NCBI RefSeq assembly: GCF_009914755.1
Contig: NC_060940.1
Source: the human T2T-CHM13v2.0 reference genome, Homo sapiens
Length of the DNA: 64,000 bases
Strand: one strand, 5' to 3'
The position numbers and the translations under genes were made by a program. The notes beneath the pieces are model-generated. The model was given only the letters and a program-made list of their open reading frames with translations. It made no database searches and was not told the origin of the DNA. Shown one piece after another: positions 1 through 16,915 of this stretch (the stretch's first letter is position 1; each line of letters starts with the position of its first letter).

Positions 1-190
1 GTGTGGTTTTGTCTGTGTGTGTGCACATGTCTGTGGTTTTGTCTGTGTGTGTTTGTGGTTTTGTCTGTGTCTGTGTGTGCTTGTCTGTGGTTTTGTCTGT
101 GTGTGTGTGCGTGTCTGTGTGGTTTTATGTGTGCATGTGTGCCTCAGGTGCATCTCTGCGTGTGTCTCCGTGTGTGTGGTGGGGTGTGCC
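1..190. repeat. TG-rich low-complexity repeat (continues beyond the window start)
   Basis: Repeated gtggttttgtctgtgtgtgt units. Confidence 0.9.
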
Positions 191-1629
191 TCTCTCTGAT
201 GTTTCTACAGGGGAGGAGCAGGTATCAGGTCACACAGGTGCTAAGTCGCAGAACTGGGGTCTAAGCCCGAGTCCTGAGGCTCTCCACCAACCTGTGCCTC
301 TGAGAAAGGAAGCGCGAATCCTCCACCACGGGGCCTGCGTATCCCTTAGTTTGTATTTGATACTTGCCAAAAGAGCTCTGCGAGACTTATTTAGATTCTT
401 ATGAACACTCCGGGCACACGTAAACAAAGGAAACACGAGTGAAATGGATGGATTACAGAATGTCCTAAACTTCTTCACTTTTGGAGTCTGACTCTCTGAA
501 TCACTCCTTAACTCTGAGTGATCAAGGTCCATGTTCTCTCGGTGCCACCAACCATGAGTACAGCAGCAACTCTTCAAGGGCTCCACTCAAGGGCTAAACC
601 TTTGCTTCTTGAACCGGCTTTGCAATTACCGTATTTCATCAAATATGAGCTGCCACTGCAGGTGAGGAGCATCCTGATTCCAGAGACATTAAAATGGAAA
701 GGAGGTGTGTTTCTCCAGTTTGATAAAAAGAGAAAGTGGCCTGGACTCCTTTTGACTCCCACATCCAACTAACACCTCCTTCAGCTTTCTGCACAGCCAT
801 GTAATTATCTTCCCAGCTATCCTAGCCCTCTCCCTCTCCCTCCAGGTTGGCATCGGCTCCTAGTTCTCTAAACAGAAGGATGTCCTGCCTCAGGCCTTCG
901 TACATGCTGTTCCTTCCATCTGCACACCATTCCTGAGCCCCACATGACTCCCTCTCTCCCATTGTCCTGGTCTCTGTTCAAATGTCACCTAAGGGCCACC
1001 GAGCTGCACAACCTCTGGAGTGCCGTGCCCATCACCCTTCACCCCCTGCCTCAGCTGGACCCATTCCTCACAAGCCAGAGGAATTTTACTCTAATGGTGG
1101 AATTTCAGGCCAAGTAGAAAATATATTTTGTGTGTATGAAGAAAGGGGAAAAAGAACCCTTCTCTGAGACCTCAAGTTATTATTTAATTGATTAATTTTT
1201 AGTCATTGATTAAATTATTAAATAACAAATGAAATCAATTGTATTAATTTCTTAGGAGTAAATTATTTTTCCACTGCACTCCAGCCTGGACAACAGAGCA
1301 AGACCCTATCTCTAAAAAATTTATATAAATCTATTACCAATTTATTAATTGCTATTTAACAATGAGTTCTACCAACTGAGGGCGCTGGACCAGGCATGCT
1401 ATGAACCTAAAGAGCCACACCCTTATGATCTACTGGGCCCAGTAGGGTCTGACCCTGTGACCTGTCTGGGCCCACTCCCAGCGCCTGCTGCTGCAGCCAC
1501 ACCAGCCTTCCCCCAGCTGCCACAGAGCCTTTGCTTCCTGACCACCTTCAAGCACTCCTAGATCTTGGCCCCCTAAGCCAGCTCGGCCCCAGGGTGATTG
1601 CACTTTTCCTGCCTTTGGGCAGCAGGTGG

Positions 1630-2025
1630 TGTATCAGTCAGGACTGGCCACATTGTGCCGCTGTGACAAACAAACCCCAAATCCCAGTGGCTGAAGACAA
1701 TAAGGATGTGTTCCTTGCTCATTCTCTGTGTCAGAGGCCAGCGGGGGGTTCTGCTCATCATGGACACTAGGGGGCCCCAGCTCAGGGAGTAGCCACATCT
1801 CAACGGTTGCCAGCAGCCGTGCCAGAGGCGCTCACGTTGGTGAGTAAATGCTCCAGCCTGGGCAGGGACGCATGTCTCTTCTGCTCACATGCTTCCCGGC
1901 TACAGGTAGGAGAATGACAATGCGTGCCACATCCCCTCAAAAGGGGCAGAAAGTCTAATCCTACCAGGTGCCTAGAAGAGAGACAACCAGAAATATTTGG
2001 TGCCCAGCACTAATATCTATACCAG
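1630..2025 (-). mobile_element. Old MLT1 (J/K/L-like) LTR
   Basis: tgtatcagtcagg...gctgtgacaaacaaaccccaaatcccagtggct terminus. Confidence 0.55.
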
Positions 2026-2281
2026 GTGGCGTTCAGTGAGCATCCAGTGCAATACAGCTTCCTGAGCAGCTCCTAGGTGCCAGGCACTGCACAGGGCATA
2101 GGGAACCAGCAGTGAAGACAGACAGTGGACAAGCCAGGACAGAACTCATGACTTCACTGCATGGGTGGCGCCTGCTGCAGGGAGAATGCTGGGCTCCAGC
2201 ATGTCGAGCAGGGTCCAGTGACTTCAAGGAGGGGTTTAGAAAGGCCCCTCACTCTGGGACCAGTGTTTCAGGTAAGGCCTA

Positions 2282-2902
<621 letters not shown>

Positions 2903-3008
2903 TCAGCGGCCAGATCATTCACAACTTTGTACACCGGCTTGTGAGCCCCAGCCCTCATCCTGAGAGCCATAAGGAGCCATAGAGGGTTTGTCGCGATGTG
3001 GCTCTGAG

Positions 3009-3026
3009 CAGCACCCTCTGGTGGCC
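3009..3026 (-). promoter_or_regulatory. Candidate CTCF motif
   Basis: Minus strand reads GGCCACCAGAGGGTGCTG. Confidence 0.45.
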
Positions 3027-4769
3027 TTTTAGGGAATGACACTCTTAACATACATGGGCAGCTCCAGGCTGCAGACATTGCTGCCCGGCCAGTCCTGGGC
3101 TTGGTTCTAAGTGTTACTTGCAGCCCTTCAGAGAATGCCCATTCCATTAACGCTGGGTGAACACCGCTCACAAAAGGCAATAACCAAGTCTGCAGCTGGC
3201 GGGAGACATTTGAGATGGCACACCACCAAGTCATGCTCTCCAGGAGACACCAGACAGACAGGCCAGCGCTACACGGAGCTGACCCAGACGGCAGAAGGTC
3301 TGGCTAGCCTGGGTTTTCTCCAATGGGTGCCTGGCTGGGACCTGACTTCAGAGGTTGAGCAAGGGGAGGGGATGGAATCCTGATCCCCTTAATCTTCGTG
3401 CAGGCCTGGTGAATCTCAGGCCCCAGGCAGACAGCCAGCCAATGGGCAGAGAGGCCAGGAGCTGACTCCACAGCTCCTGGCCTCATCTGGGAAGGGAGAT
3501 AAACTCCACCAGCCAGACAAAGGGGGCCCCAAGGCCAGGGCCTCCCTCACATGCCTGTGGCCTCTCTCTGCTTGAGACTGCACCATAGGCCGCAGGCCCT
3601 TATCAGCCATGGCCTGGGGACTTCCCAAAGTACAGCCTGCCAGCAAAAGACCGCCACCAACTGTTTCATTCTTCATTTCAGACAGGATGAATTGAGCCAC
3701 CTGACCTTTTCTGGAAAGAGGCAAGAGAAGGAATGTTTCCTCCTTCAGTAAAAGACACTCAGACACATGTCCAGTGTCACGGTGCAAAAGGGTCAGGAAA
3801 CCAAGTCCCCTCCCATCCCAAAGCCCCATTTCCCTTCCACATTGCTGGTGTCTTTTGTCCTTCCAGAGAGCCCCAGCACAGAGCAGCAAATATGAGCTTA
3901 GTGATTCCTGGAGAGGGCTGTGTCCCATGAATGGACTGCCACTTGCTGGCTGCTGGCTTTACGTCTACAGGCAAAGGATGTTATGAAATAGCTCCGGAAG
4001 TTTCTTTTGGGGGCCCCCAGCACCTCTTCTCCTATCACGACCAGGCTCTGAAAATGAGGCTTCTTGCTCAGGGAAGAGAACAGGTACAGAGGAATCCACA
4101 CTCAGCTTTGAGCATCAAAATAAGGGTTTTTAAGGTTTAAGTGTTTGATGAGACAGTGGTCTTGAAAGCCAGGCTTTCCTGGAATTCCCAGAGCCACACG
4201 TGACCTGACCACAGTGGAAATCAGACAGGGGACACGTGCAAGATGCAGCCCTGGGGACAGAAAGGCAAACAGCAAGGAGGCGGCTGCAAGAGGGACTTGG
4301 GGGAGGTGACAGAGGTGACCATCTTGCTACGACCCCACCGGGTGGAGAGATGGAGACGGGGAAAGCAAACAAAACCCACACAAACAACAACAGAAAACCT
4401 GCTCTCAGGGCCGCGTAATGACCGGTGCCCTTTTGTACAGAAGCCCCGCCAGGTTTTGAACTTCAAGCAGGTCCGTGGGGGAAGAAAAGGGCCCAGTCCC
4501 ATGGAAATTTCCTAGTAGGGTTTATTTTGAAGCAAAGGTTTGGCAGACGTGACCCAGTCTCCTTGGCTAGACAGGGCCTCTTTGAAAAGAGTCAAAAACA
4601 GCAGAAAGATGGGAAGTGGTCCTAGAATGAGCTGGTTTTAGTGGAATCTTCTTCTTCCAAAAAGAACCGCCAGAGGCCAGCCCAGGCCTCCCTTGCTTTA
4701 CAGAATTCAACTCAACTCACCTGTGGCCCGATGAGCTCGGCGATTCAGCTCGCCCTAATTCCCCAAACC

Positions 4770-5255
4770 TGTGCAGGTTACCTGACGTGGCAAAAGGCAC
4801 TTTGCAGGTGGGGCAAGGGGCACCTTGCCATAGGGAGGGTAACCCGGGTCATCCAGGTGGACCTAATCGAGTCACACGAGTCCTTAGAATCAGAGAACCT
4901 TTCTGAGCTGCGGTCGGAGGGAGCCGTGGTGGAACCTTTCTGAGCTGTGGTCAGAGGGAGCCGTGATGGAACCTTTCCGAGGGTGCTGTGATTACCGAAG
5001 CAGCAGCAGAGATGCAACATTGCCGGCTCTGAAGGTGGACGAAGCGGCCAGGAGCCATGGGATGCCAGTGACCTCTGGACGCTGGAAAAGGCAGGGAAAC
5101 AGATTCTCCCCCAGAACCCCCAGAAGTTACCGGCCCTGTTGACCGTGACCCAAGCCCAGGGAGACTGAGGCTGGGTTTCTGACCTGTGGAACCGTAAATG
5201 ACAAATGAGGTTTTTAAGCTGCTAAGTCTGTGGACATTTGTTACAGAACCCGTCG
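4770..5255 (+). mobile_element. MLT1-family MaLR LTR
   Basis: gctggaaaaggcagggaaacagattctcccc...tttaagctgctaagtctgtgg motifs. Confidence 0.65.
4895..4981. repeat. ~2.3 x 37-bp tandem repeat inside an MLT1 LTR
   Basis: gaacctttc recurs at 4895, 4932 and 4969. Confidence 0.85.
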
Positions 5256-5681
5256 AAAATCCACCCGTCATCTTTCTTGAGCTCCTATGTGGCCGTTCCT
5301 GGGATGTGATTCCTAATCCTCGTGACCACCTGTGAGACTGGGCCTGTGATCCCCAGTTCACAGATGGGGAAACTGAGGCTCTCTGAGATGAACTGACGCC
5401 CCTTGGGGACCTGAGCAGGGACGGGAACTCCAGGCTGACTCCAAGCTGCGTGGACCTCCGGCTGCCTACAGGTGAGGTGTGTGTCTAACTGCCTCTCAGG
5501 GGAGAGGCTGGGACTTGGTGACAGCCTGTGCGGAAAGTGCTGGCACAGAGGAGGGGTTCAGGCCACGTCAGTCCTCTCGCCCCTTTTCCCAAACATCTGC
5601 TGACACAGCTCCATTCTGGCTGCTAATTGGGTGACAGATTCTTCCTGATTGCCACTACAAAGCTATTATAAAATCAACCCT

Positions 5682-5972
5682 GGCCGGGCGTGGGGCTCAT
5701 GCTGTAATCCCAGCACTTTGGGAGGCCAAGGCAGGAAGACTGCTTGAGGCTAGGAGTCCAAGACCAGCCTGAGCAACATAGCGAGAGCCCATCTCTACAA
5801 AAACAATTTTTAAAAATGAGCCAGGTAGGGTGGTGCACACCTGTGGTCCCAGCTACTTGGGGTGTTGAGGTGGAAGAATCACTTTAGCCGGGGAGGGCAA
5901 GGCTGCAGTGAGCTGAGATGGTGCCACTGCACTCCAGCCTGGGTGACAGAGCAAGACTGTCTCAAAATAAAA
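5682..5972 (+). mobile_element. AluJ-like
   Basis: Alu consensus match. Confidence 0.85.
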
Positions 5973-6594
5973 TCAGCCCTGGGCTCCCATGGGCAAAAAA
6001 ACTACTTACCCCCCACACCCTGTGCCCTCTTGGTGGGTAAAAGGCTAAGAAGCTCAAATTGGCAGGAATGTGGTTGGGGCCCCGGCCACCCATGTTGGCC
6101 CTGTCTGATCGCTGTGTGACCTCAGGCCAGTCAGCACACCTCTCTGGAAATGTGTTGTTTGGTTTGGCAGAGCTCCCAAGGTTCCCTGCAGCACCAGCTA
6201 CCTGGGAGCCGCTCTGGTCCCTGCCTGGGCACTGGGGATCAGGTCGGGCTGGCGGCTGCTAGGTGTCAACACCTGCAGCCTGGCAGGTGCCCCAGAGCCC
6301 TCCAATCAAGGCCAAACCTTCCTGCCCTCCCGTTCCAAAAGTCAAAGGTGCTCCCTCCCCAGGGAGCTTAGGTCAGGGCCTGGCCCTAAAGCTCTGTGTT
6401 CCACCTGGCTTGGCTGACCTCAGGGCAGCCATTCCTTGGAAGGGAAATAAGCCTACAGCTGCCAGGGAAAGTGGAATGGCCCAGGGGTCCCCAACGGTAC
6501 CCCCAGGCCAGGAGGTAATGGCTCCTTGGCTCAGTCTTTCTCACACTTTGCTGGCAGCAAAGTACGTTGGGGGGCAGGCATAATGCTGACCCAC

Positions 6595-7620
<1,026 letters not shown>

Positions 7621-10296
7621 ACACACACCTGTCCACTGCCACCCATTGCCCAGTAGTCAACGCTTTGAGGAAACACAAGAAAATCAGGTGTCCCTTGATA
7701 AATCCTAATTCAAGAACTGGCCCTTACTCAGATTATGACCTTCCTTCAGTGTTGGGGGCTAAACTGTCCTTTTTTGGAGGGACCGTGGACACAGACGGCT
7801 ACGGATGTCTATCTGCTGATCTTTTATCATTCTCAAAAGGTTCTTCTGAATTTTTATGAAATTCAAAAGCCTGTGGACATGGGTTTTGGAGTCGAGAGAA
7901 CTGGGTTCTGGGTCAGGTTCTGCCTCACAGGCCCTGTGTGTGACTCTGGGTGAGGGGTTATGATGCCCTCGGGGTCTTCCAGTCCCCCTGCAGTTTGGAG
8001 TTAGGGTCGCTCTTGGCCAGTTGCCAGGTCCCATATGAAATGACTCTACCTCCTTGCTCTTCCCGCCTCCCCTCTCCCTATCCTCTGAGTCTATCCAGCA
8101 CCGGTGGGGTGCCCCAACCTGCATTTGATACTGCAGAATAAATAAGTAAATAGAAAGTGAAGTTCTTACTTCCACTTGCCCTCCAGAAGCTTGAAACTGC
8201 CTCTAGGGACTTGGCTATTGAAGAAGAGTTCTTTACCTTTCCCGGTGGTGCTGAGTCAGGCAGAACTCCATGGTTGTCAGTGACAGAAACTCAAACCAGA
8301 GGAAGCTTCAGCCCCAGGGCCATGCTGAGGGCCACAAAGGCTGAAACCGGGGCCTCAGTGCTGAGAATGCACGTTCTTGCCATCTGTTCCTGTCCTGGCT
8401 GCTCTGCAGGGACCTCATTTTCTCCCCAAGTGGGCAGGTTTTTCTCCCAGCAGTGGGAAACATGATGCAGGCAGCCCTGGCTTAGGTCTGCTTACCTTGG
8501 TGAAAAAGTTCTGAAAAGGCCTCTCTCCACCTATTTCAGAATAGAAACACCCAGGGAAGGACTCTGATTGGCTGGGTGTGGTCATGTGCCTAGCCCTGGG
8601 CACTATCATGGTGGCCACTGGGTAGGAGCTTTGTGATTGGCCAGGCCTGGGTCAGATGCGTATCCAGGGATGGGGTCCTGTGATTGGCAGCTCTTCCAGC
8701 ATCACATGACTGGAATAAGCTCAGCTTCTGGAAGGCTGGGAAGGAAGCAGGGTGGTCCAGGCCTCCCTTCTCTCTGCCATCTGACAGCAACCCAAGGGTC
8801 CCTGGACTGGATGTCAGGGCCATGAGATCTCGGACTGCTGGTCATGGGTTTCTCACACCTCTGTTAGCTTCAGGACATACTTTCAAGTGAACTTTTACTT
8901 GGAAGAACAACCTCAGTTGCTGTAGTTGAGGCAGAAAGGGATGGAAAGGAGAAGGGGAGGGCTCAGAGTCCCCTCCCTCCCACCCCCATCCATGACCCTC
9001 CCCAGACTGAGAGGTGTGGAGGCATCCCAACCCTGGGAAACCTGTGGACATCATGTCCCATGTTATGGATGGGGAAACTGAGGTACTGATAGCAGCACTA
9101 GTCTGAGGTCCCCCACAAGGGAAGGAAGGAGCCAAGTTCACAGCCACAGCTTTTGCCGCCCAGTTCCACCAGGTCCGTGGAAACAGGTCAGCCTCCTTCT
9201 TGCCCAGACATTGGACCGAGTCCTTTGAATTCCTGGCAAAAGGGAGAGGCTCACAAGGAATTTTAGAGTTCAAATTAGGATGGTTCACTCTGGCTCTGTA
9301 ACCTGCTGCGTGGCCAGCTTGGGAAGGGATGCTGCGGCCCAGTGGGCTGGCGGGCAAATTCGGCCCGGGCAACATGGTTCTTTTTCAGCCTCAGCCCTGT
9401 TGAAACAGAAGCAGGCTCCAGGCCTGAGGTTGTGCCCGCAGGACTCACTGAGCCCAGTGGCTCGGCCCAGCCTGGGACGTGCAGCCACTGAAAGCCACAG
9501 AGGCGACCTCCTCTGCTCCACACAGACCACACTCCTGCACTGTTGTCTGTTGGCAGTTCCCATTCAGTGCCCCCTCCCAGGAAGGGGTCAGGTCAGACCG
9601 GGTATGGCCACCCTGGCCCTCCCTGGAACACCCAGGCACACACCCGCTGCTGGGAAGGCCCTGCGAGGAATGTGTGTGGGGACAACATCTGCAGAGCTGC
9701 CCGAGGCCAGGAGGACACCAGTCGGCCATGCCCATGAGGCCTGAAGCCACCTTCACACCCTCAGACTCCATATTCCAGAAGAGGACGCTGAGGTCCCAGG
9801 AGGAGGAATTCCTCCTGCTGGCAGTCCCTGGTACTTTGACACCCACAATGACAGGCAAGGCCCGTCCTGCAGGGGGTGCAGTGTGTTTGGGGGGTGAATG
9901 GAGTGTGGGGCCCCTGGAGTGCAGTGCTGGGGTGACTCGGGCAGGGGGAGCATGTGAGGCCAGTGCATGAAGGCCGTGGCCCATCCTGGGAGAGATGCCC
10001 AAGCCTGGCATTGTGGTGGTGGCAGTATTGCGGTGGAGCGTGGAGACCGCAGCCGCACAGCCCTGACACAATCCTGCATGGGACCATCGCACACTGAGCA
10101 AGGAGGCTTTGTGGTCAGCTAACACAGGGGTAGGACCCGGCTCTGATGCAAACATATTCTGGAACTTTGTGAAGTCCCTTCCTCGCTCCAGGCCTCAGTT
10201 TGTCTGTTTGCAAAATAAGAAGGCTGGACTCGAGATGCTTCTCATCGGGTGTTCTTTGGGGCATCATCCCTTCAGATGCGGCACCCGAAAAAGATG

Positions 10297-10745
10297 ATGG
10301 CTACAGGGGGCTGAGTGGTGGTCCCCTGAAATGTGTCCACATTCTAATCCCCAGAACCTGTATTTGTGCAATATGGCAAAAGACGGGGTTGCTTTAAACA
10401 TCCCGAGAGGAGGAGCTGGTTCTGGGTTATCCAGATGGGCTCTGAATGCAATCACCTGCCTCCTGATAAGAAAGTGGAAGGAGTTTGGGGAGGAACGCAG
10501 AAAAGAGGAGGCGGGTGAAACCAGAGGCTGCGTTTGGAGCAATGCCACCACAAGCCACAGAGTACAAAGGATCGCCGGCCATCGCCGGAAGCTGGAGGGG
10601 CCAGGAGGGGTCCCCAGAGGGAGCACAGCCCCACTGATACCTTGGTTTCAGGCCTCTGGCCTCCAGAATGTGGGAGAATAAAGTTCTGTTGTCAAAGTCA
10701 CGAGGTTTTGGTGATTTGTTATAGCAGCCATGGGAAACGAATACA
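10297..10745 (+). mobile_element. MLT1D-like MaLR LTR
   Basis: MLT1 hallmark motifs (ggcctccagaatgtgggagaataaagttctgttgt...ttgttatagcagcc). Confidence 0.7.
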
Positions 10746-10986
10746 GTGGCCGAACGTGGGTGCAAAATACCACATTCTCCATCTGCTTTGTGGAGTATGG
10801 TAATGCCCGTCGTAGAGCAAAGGCTCTGAGAAGTCCTGCGGAGAAGAAAATGTTCTATTTTCCTATGCTTATTCAATCATGCCAGCACCCATTTCCATAC
10901 CCCATGAACTTCCCATGGGAGATACTTTGGGAAATGTTGGACTAGAAAACCCTTAAGGTCTTCTCCATGTTGAAATTCTGTGGCCA

Positions 10987-11342
<356 letters not shown>

Positions 11343-12084
11343 TTAGAGGCTTTTTTTTTAATAGTCCAAATGCTTTCCTACTTGGGGGGAAGCAAAAGCA
11401 GTTCAGGGAAGAACAGATTCTTCTTAATTTGACTTGAGTGCCATTGAGCACACAGGAGCCTGACCCTGAGGGGATCAGTGTGTGAACTCCAACAATTGTG
11501 TTGTGCTCTCTCTAAAGAACTCGTTCCTTAAACTGTGTTCCTAAAGGTGGAGTGAAAGGCTGAGCGAAAGGCTTTGCATTTCCAAGACCTCCGGTTCAGA
11601 GTGCCACCTTGCCCTCCAGAGCCCAGGAGGTCGAAGCTGCTGTGAGCCATGATTGCACCACTGCACTCCAGCCTGGGTAACAGAGCAGGACCCTGGGAAA
11701 AAAAAAAAAAAAAAACTCCTTCCAGAGGTCATACAGATTTAAACTTCAGCAACACAGACTAGCAGTGTTCATTTCCCACCATCCGTGCCAACACTGGGCA
11801 TTTTCATAGTTTACATGTTTAAACGGTCCTGTGTATTTTTACCACAAAGATAAATAAGAATTGTTGAGTTATGTGAGTTTCCATTCAGTTGTACCCAGAG
11901 CAGCCTCCCTGAGCCCATTACCACCAACAGACAACTGTGACAGTGACCAGTCAAGGTCAGCCAGACTTTGCAGAGGAAACAGCAGACCTCACTCAGTTTT
12001 GGCCTGAAATACTAAACTCTGAAAAAGAGACCATTCCATGTCACAGGATCCTTCCCGGGGGGACAGCTGGACTGAGACGAGAGG

Positions 12085-12245
12085 TTCAGATTTGGAGTCA
12101 GGAAGCCCTGGGTTTAGCCCTGGCTCAGCTCCTTTCTAGCTGTGACCTTGGGAACTCACATGGCCCCTTTGTGCCTCAGTTTCCCCGTCTTTGAGGAGGG
12201 ATAATGATAACCTCAACCTCTGTGAGCTGTGGTGAGGATTAAGTT
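12085..12245 (+). mobile_element. MIR
   Basis: Core gctgtgaccttggg...gtgcctcagtttcccc...gtgaggattaa. Confidence 0.7.
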
Positions 12246-12249
12246 ATTT

Positions 12250-13604
<1,355 letters not shown>

Positions 13605-15546
13605 ATTTCCTCGTAGAGACAGCCTTTATGGATGTAACCCGAATATGAGCTAGGGTCCCAGACAGCTCGGTCTAGAGAGAGTCACAAACGTGCACAGTCC
13701 AGTCACCAAAAATGGTTGGAAAGGAATCTGGGGTTTTACTTGCATGTCTCTAGAACATTGAAAGGAATCCACCTCTTAACCCACAATTACGTTTCTCGAA
13801 ATCCTGCTTCCTCTCCTCCCTGCTTCTCCTGTATCCTGCTCTGCTCCAGAACCTTCCTTCAGTCACCCAGAACTGCCCCCGACATCCAGCCCTCATTTCT
13901 GCCTCTCCTCCTCCCCTCGCCTCCCCCAGCCCTTGCTTGGCTTAGAGGGAGGAGCTTCTTCTTCCAGTTCTGCTTGTTTTCTCATGGCCTCCTCTAGAAT
14001 CTGGATTCTCCGCCATAAAGGACAGCCTCCTCGCCTGTCCCCTCCTTCCTCTCTAGGTCCTGTCTCTCGCTGCCCCTTCCCCGACTCTGCTAGAAGTGGA
14101 ACCAGCCTGGGAAAGGCAGAGCTCCCCTTGGAGAGCAGAGGAGGAGGAAAGCCAAGTGGCAGACACGGTGCGCCTTAACTGGCGAGGACCAGTCCCGAAA
14201 TGCATCCTGTGTTTCACTATCTGCCCTGCGGCTGGTCCCCCTCGTCATCATCTCCTCTTCTGCTGGAGTTTCTCGTCTTTAGAGCTTTCCCCTGGCTGGG
14301 CATGTTCTTTCTCCCTCCCGCTCTGCCCAAGGAGAGGTGACGGGGGGTGAAGGAGGCCCTGAACTTCGTGGCCAGAACACGACAGAGGCTCCAGCTTTGG
14401 GAGGGGTGGGTGTGGGCGGATCATCTGCAGTGGCTACTTTCTCCAGTCTCTTCCAACACCCCGCAGCCCACCCCATTGCTGAAGGACCTCAGTTAGTCCC
14501 CAGCCTCCACACTTGCAGGGCGTGTGTTCCAATCAAGCTCCACCGGAGGGTCCCCTTCCTCTCCACCAGTCCTCACCCTCCACACTGGCGTTCCTGAGCA
14601 CCCCAGGATGCCGGGAGGTGTTGCCCACCCCCACCCCAGCCCACCCTTGCCGTGACCTGCATCCTCACCCCTAGCACCTGGAGGTTGCTTTGCTGATGAC
14701 ACGGTGGGAGCAAGATTCAGGTGGCACGGAGCAGAGGGGTGGGGTCAGCCTCAGGGGACAGGCTGAATCTCTGGGAGCCTCAGCTTCCTCCATCGAATGG
14801 ATATGGTGACCTCTCCCACCCCTCCTCATGGGGCGCAGTGGGATCTGGAGCCCTTAGGTGTGCTTCAGGTGTGGGGTTGACGAGAGGGCATGGGTCATTC
14901 CGTTACCCTGTGCCAGCACGTGCTTGCTGTTCATTCACTATGCCGTGCTAGGAGGCGATACCGCGAGGAACCAGGGACGGATGCAGCACCTGTCAACCAC
15001 ATACCCGGGGCTTGAGTGCTGTTATGAGGGCGTGGGCCTATGGGACTCCGAGGAGGGGAACTAACCCTGCCAGGGGTGACCAGGGAGGCTCCCTGGAAGA
15101 GGTGGATTCTGAGCCAGGCCTTGAACAATGAGTGAGAAGTAGCCATTCATTTCTTCATTCATGTAGTTAACAAGCATCTGTTCCAAGTCTGGAAGTACAA
15201 ATGCGCATTGAGTTGGAAGACAAGGGCCCATACGTGCTGCCCTGGGAGGGCTGGCCAGGAGAACAGAAGACATCTCTGACCTCCCTTTCAGGGCCCGTAC
15301 CAGGTCCAGGGCTTGGCCAGGCTGGGTGTGGGTATGGGAGTGGGCAGGGCTGGCCCACCCAGGTGGGCCACAGAGCCAAGGGGGCCTGAGCCTCATCCAT
15401 TAGGTGTGGTGTGGCCACACGGTGAGGGACAGGAAAGGATGGAGCTCCGTGACTGTTGATAGGGACAGATCTCCAAGACATGTTGTGACGTGCAAAACAG
15501 CAAAGTGAATGTTTGCTACCATTCGTGCACAAACACATCCGTGAGC

Positions 15547-15660
15547 AAACGTGTGTATGCACGCACACACACCTGTTGGCTTCAAACGTGTGTGTGCACG
15601 CACACGCACCTGTCAGCTTGAAATGTGTGTATGCATGCACAGGCACCTGTCAGCTTGAAC
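15547..15660. repeat. 3 x 37-bp minisatellite
   Basis: Units start at 15547, 15584 and 15621 (aaaYgtgtgtRtgcaYgcaca..cacctgtYRgcttS). Confidence 0.85.
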
Positions 15661-16239
15661 ATGCTCAGAGACCGTCTAGGCCCCGCGTGGGTACCACCCG
15701 CTCAAAACATGAACTTAATAGTTTTCAAATAAATAGAGGTTAAAAAACCCCAAAGACCCTGGCTTTAGAGGGTCCAGGTTTTGACGCTGAGCCTCGGTTT
15801 TCCCCTCACAGCTCCTGCTCCCTGGCGCTTTTGTGAGGAGCTGGCACACGAGGGATGGGAGGACTGGGAGCTGGCCGAGCTAAGGGTTTGACTGTTGGTA
15901 GCTGCTGCTGGTGCTGCTGTTTCTGTTTCTGGTGTTACAGCCACTTGCCCTGCACCCCAACCCCTCGAGTGATGGGGGAGAGCCGGGGAAGCCCTAACCT
16001 TACTTGGGTCTGGGCACCTCCCATGTCTCCAAGATTTCTCCCACTGCAGTTTGGAAACTGAGCTTCAGAGACCTGAATTCAGTCTCGTTCTAAGCACACT
16101 CGCATACACCAGACATATAATCTCACAAAATTGCATAAACACACATACAGCCATGCAAAATTACATGTGCACACAATCATCTCTCACGATCACTCAAAAT
16201 CACATAAAAACCACACACAAATGCAAACTGCACTTATGT

Positions 16240-16915
16240 AAACACAGTGTCACACACAATCACACAATCACACACGCAATCATGCACAATCACACAAACA
16301 CAATCACACACGCAATCACACAAACACAATCACAATCACACAATCACACAAACACAATCACACACAATCACACACGCAATCACACACAATTGCAAACAGT
16401 CGCACACAATCATGCAGCCGCATACAATCACAATCACATTCACGCACACACAATCACGCACACACAATCGCGTACACACAATCATGCACAATCACGCGCA
16501 CAATCACGCACACACAATCATGCACACACAGTCACGCACGTACAATCACGCACACACAATCACGCACAATCACGCACGCACAATATCACGCACACACAAT
16601 CACATACAATCACGCACTCACAATCACGCACACACAATCACATACAATCATGCACAATCACGCGCACACACAATCACCAGCACGCAATCACGCACACAAT
16701 CACGCGCACACAATCACGCACAATCGCGCACATACAATCACGCACACACCATCGCACACACACAATCACGCGCAGACACAGTCACGCACAATCACACACA
16801 ATCGCGCACACACAATCACAGTCACACACAATGACATACACAATCACATGATTACACAGATCACACAATCATGCTCACACACAGTCACACACAGAATCAC
16901 GCACACACACAATCA
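16240..16915. repeat. CA-rich degenerate tandem repeat (ACAATCAC[G/A]CAC units)
   Basis: About 680 bp of cacaat / cacgcacac variants. Confidence 0.92.

Noticed and set aside
1-404. Cys/Val-rich ORFs at the window start
   Set aside because: Translations of a TG-rich low-complexity repeat.
9280-10155. Overlapping 150-236 aa ORFs in GC-rich unique sequence
   Set aside because: No recognisable domain or exon structure; open on both strands, consistent with chance in GC-rich DNA.
16051-16851. 266-aa His/Thr/Gln/Ser-rich ORF and overlapping ORFs
   Set aside because: Produced by a simple repeat that lacks stop codons; no ATG at the called start and no domain-like sequence.
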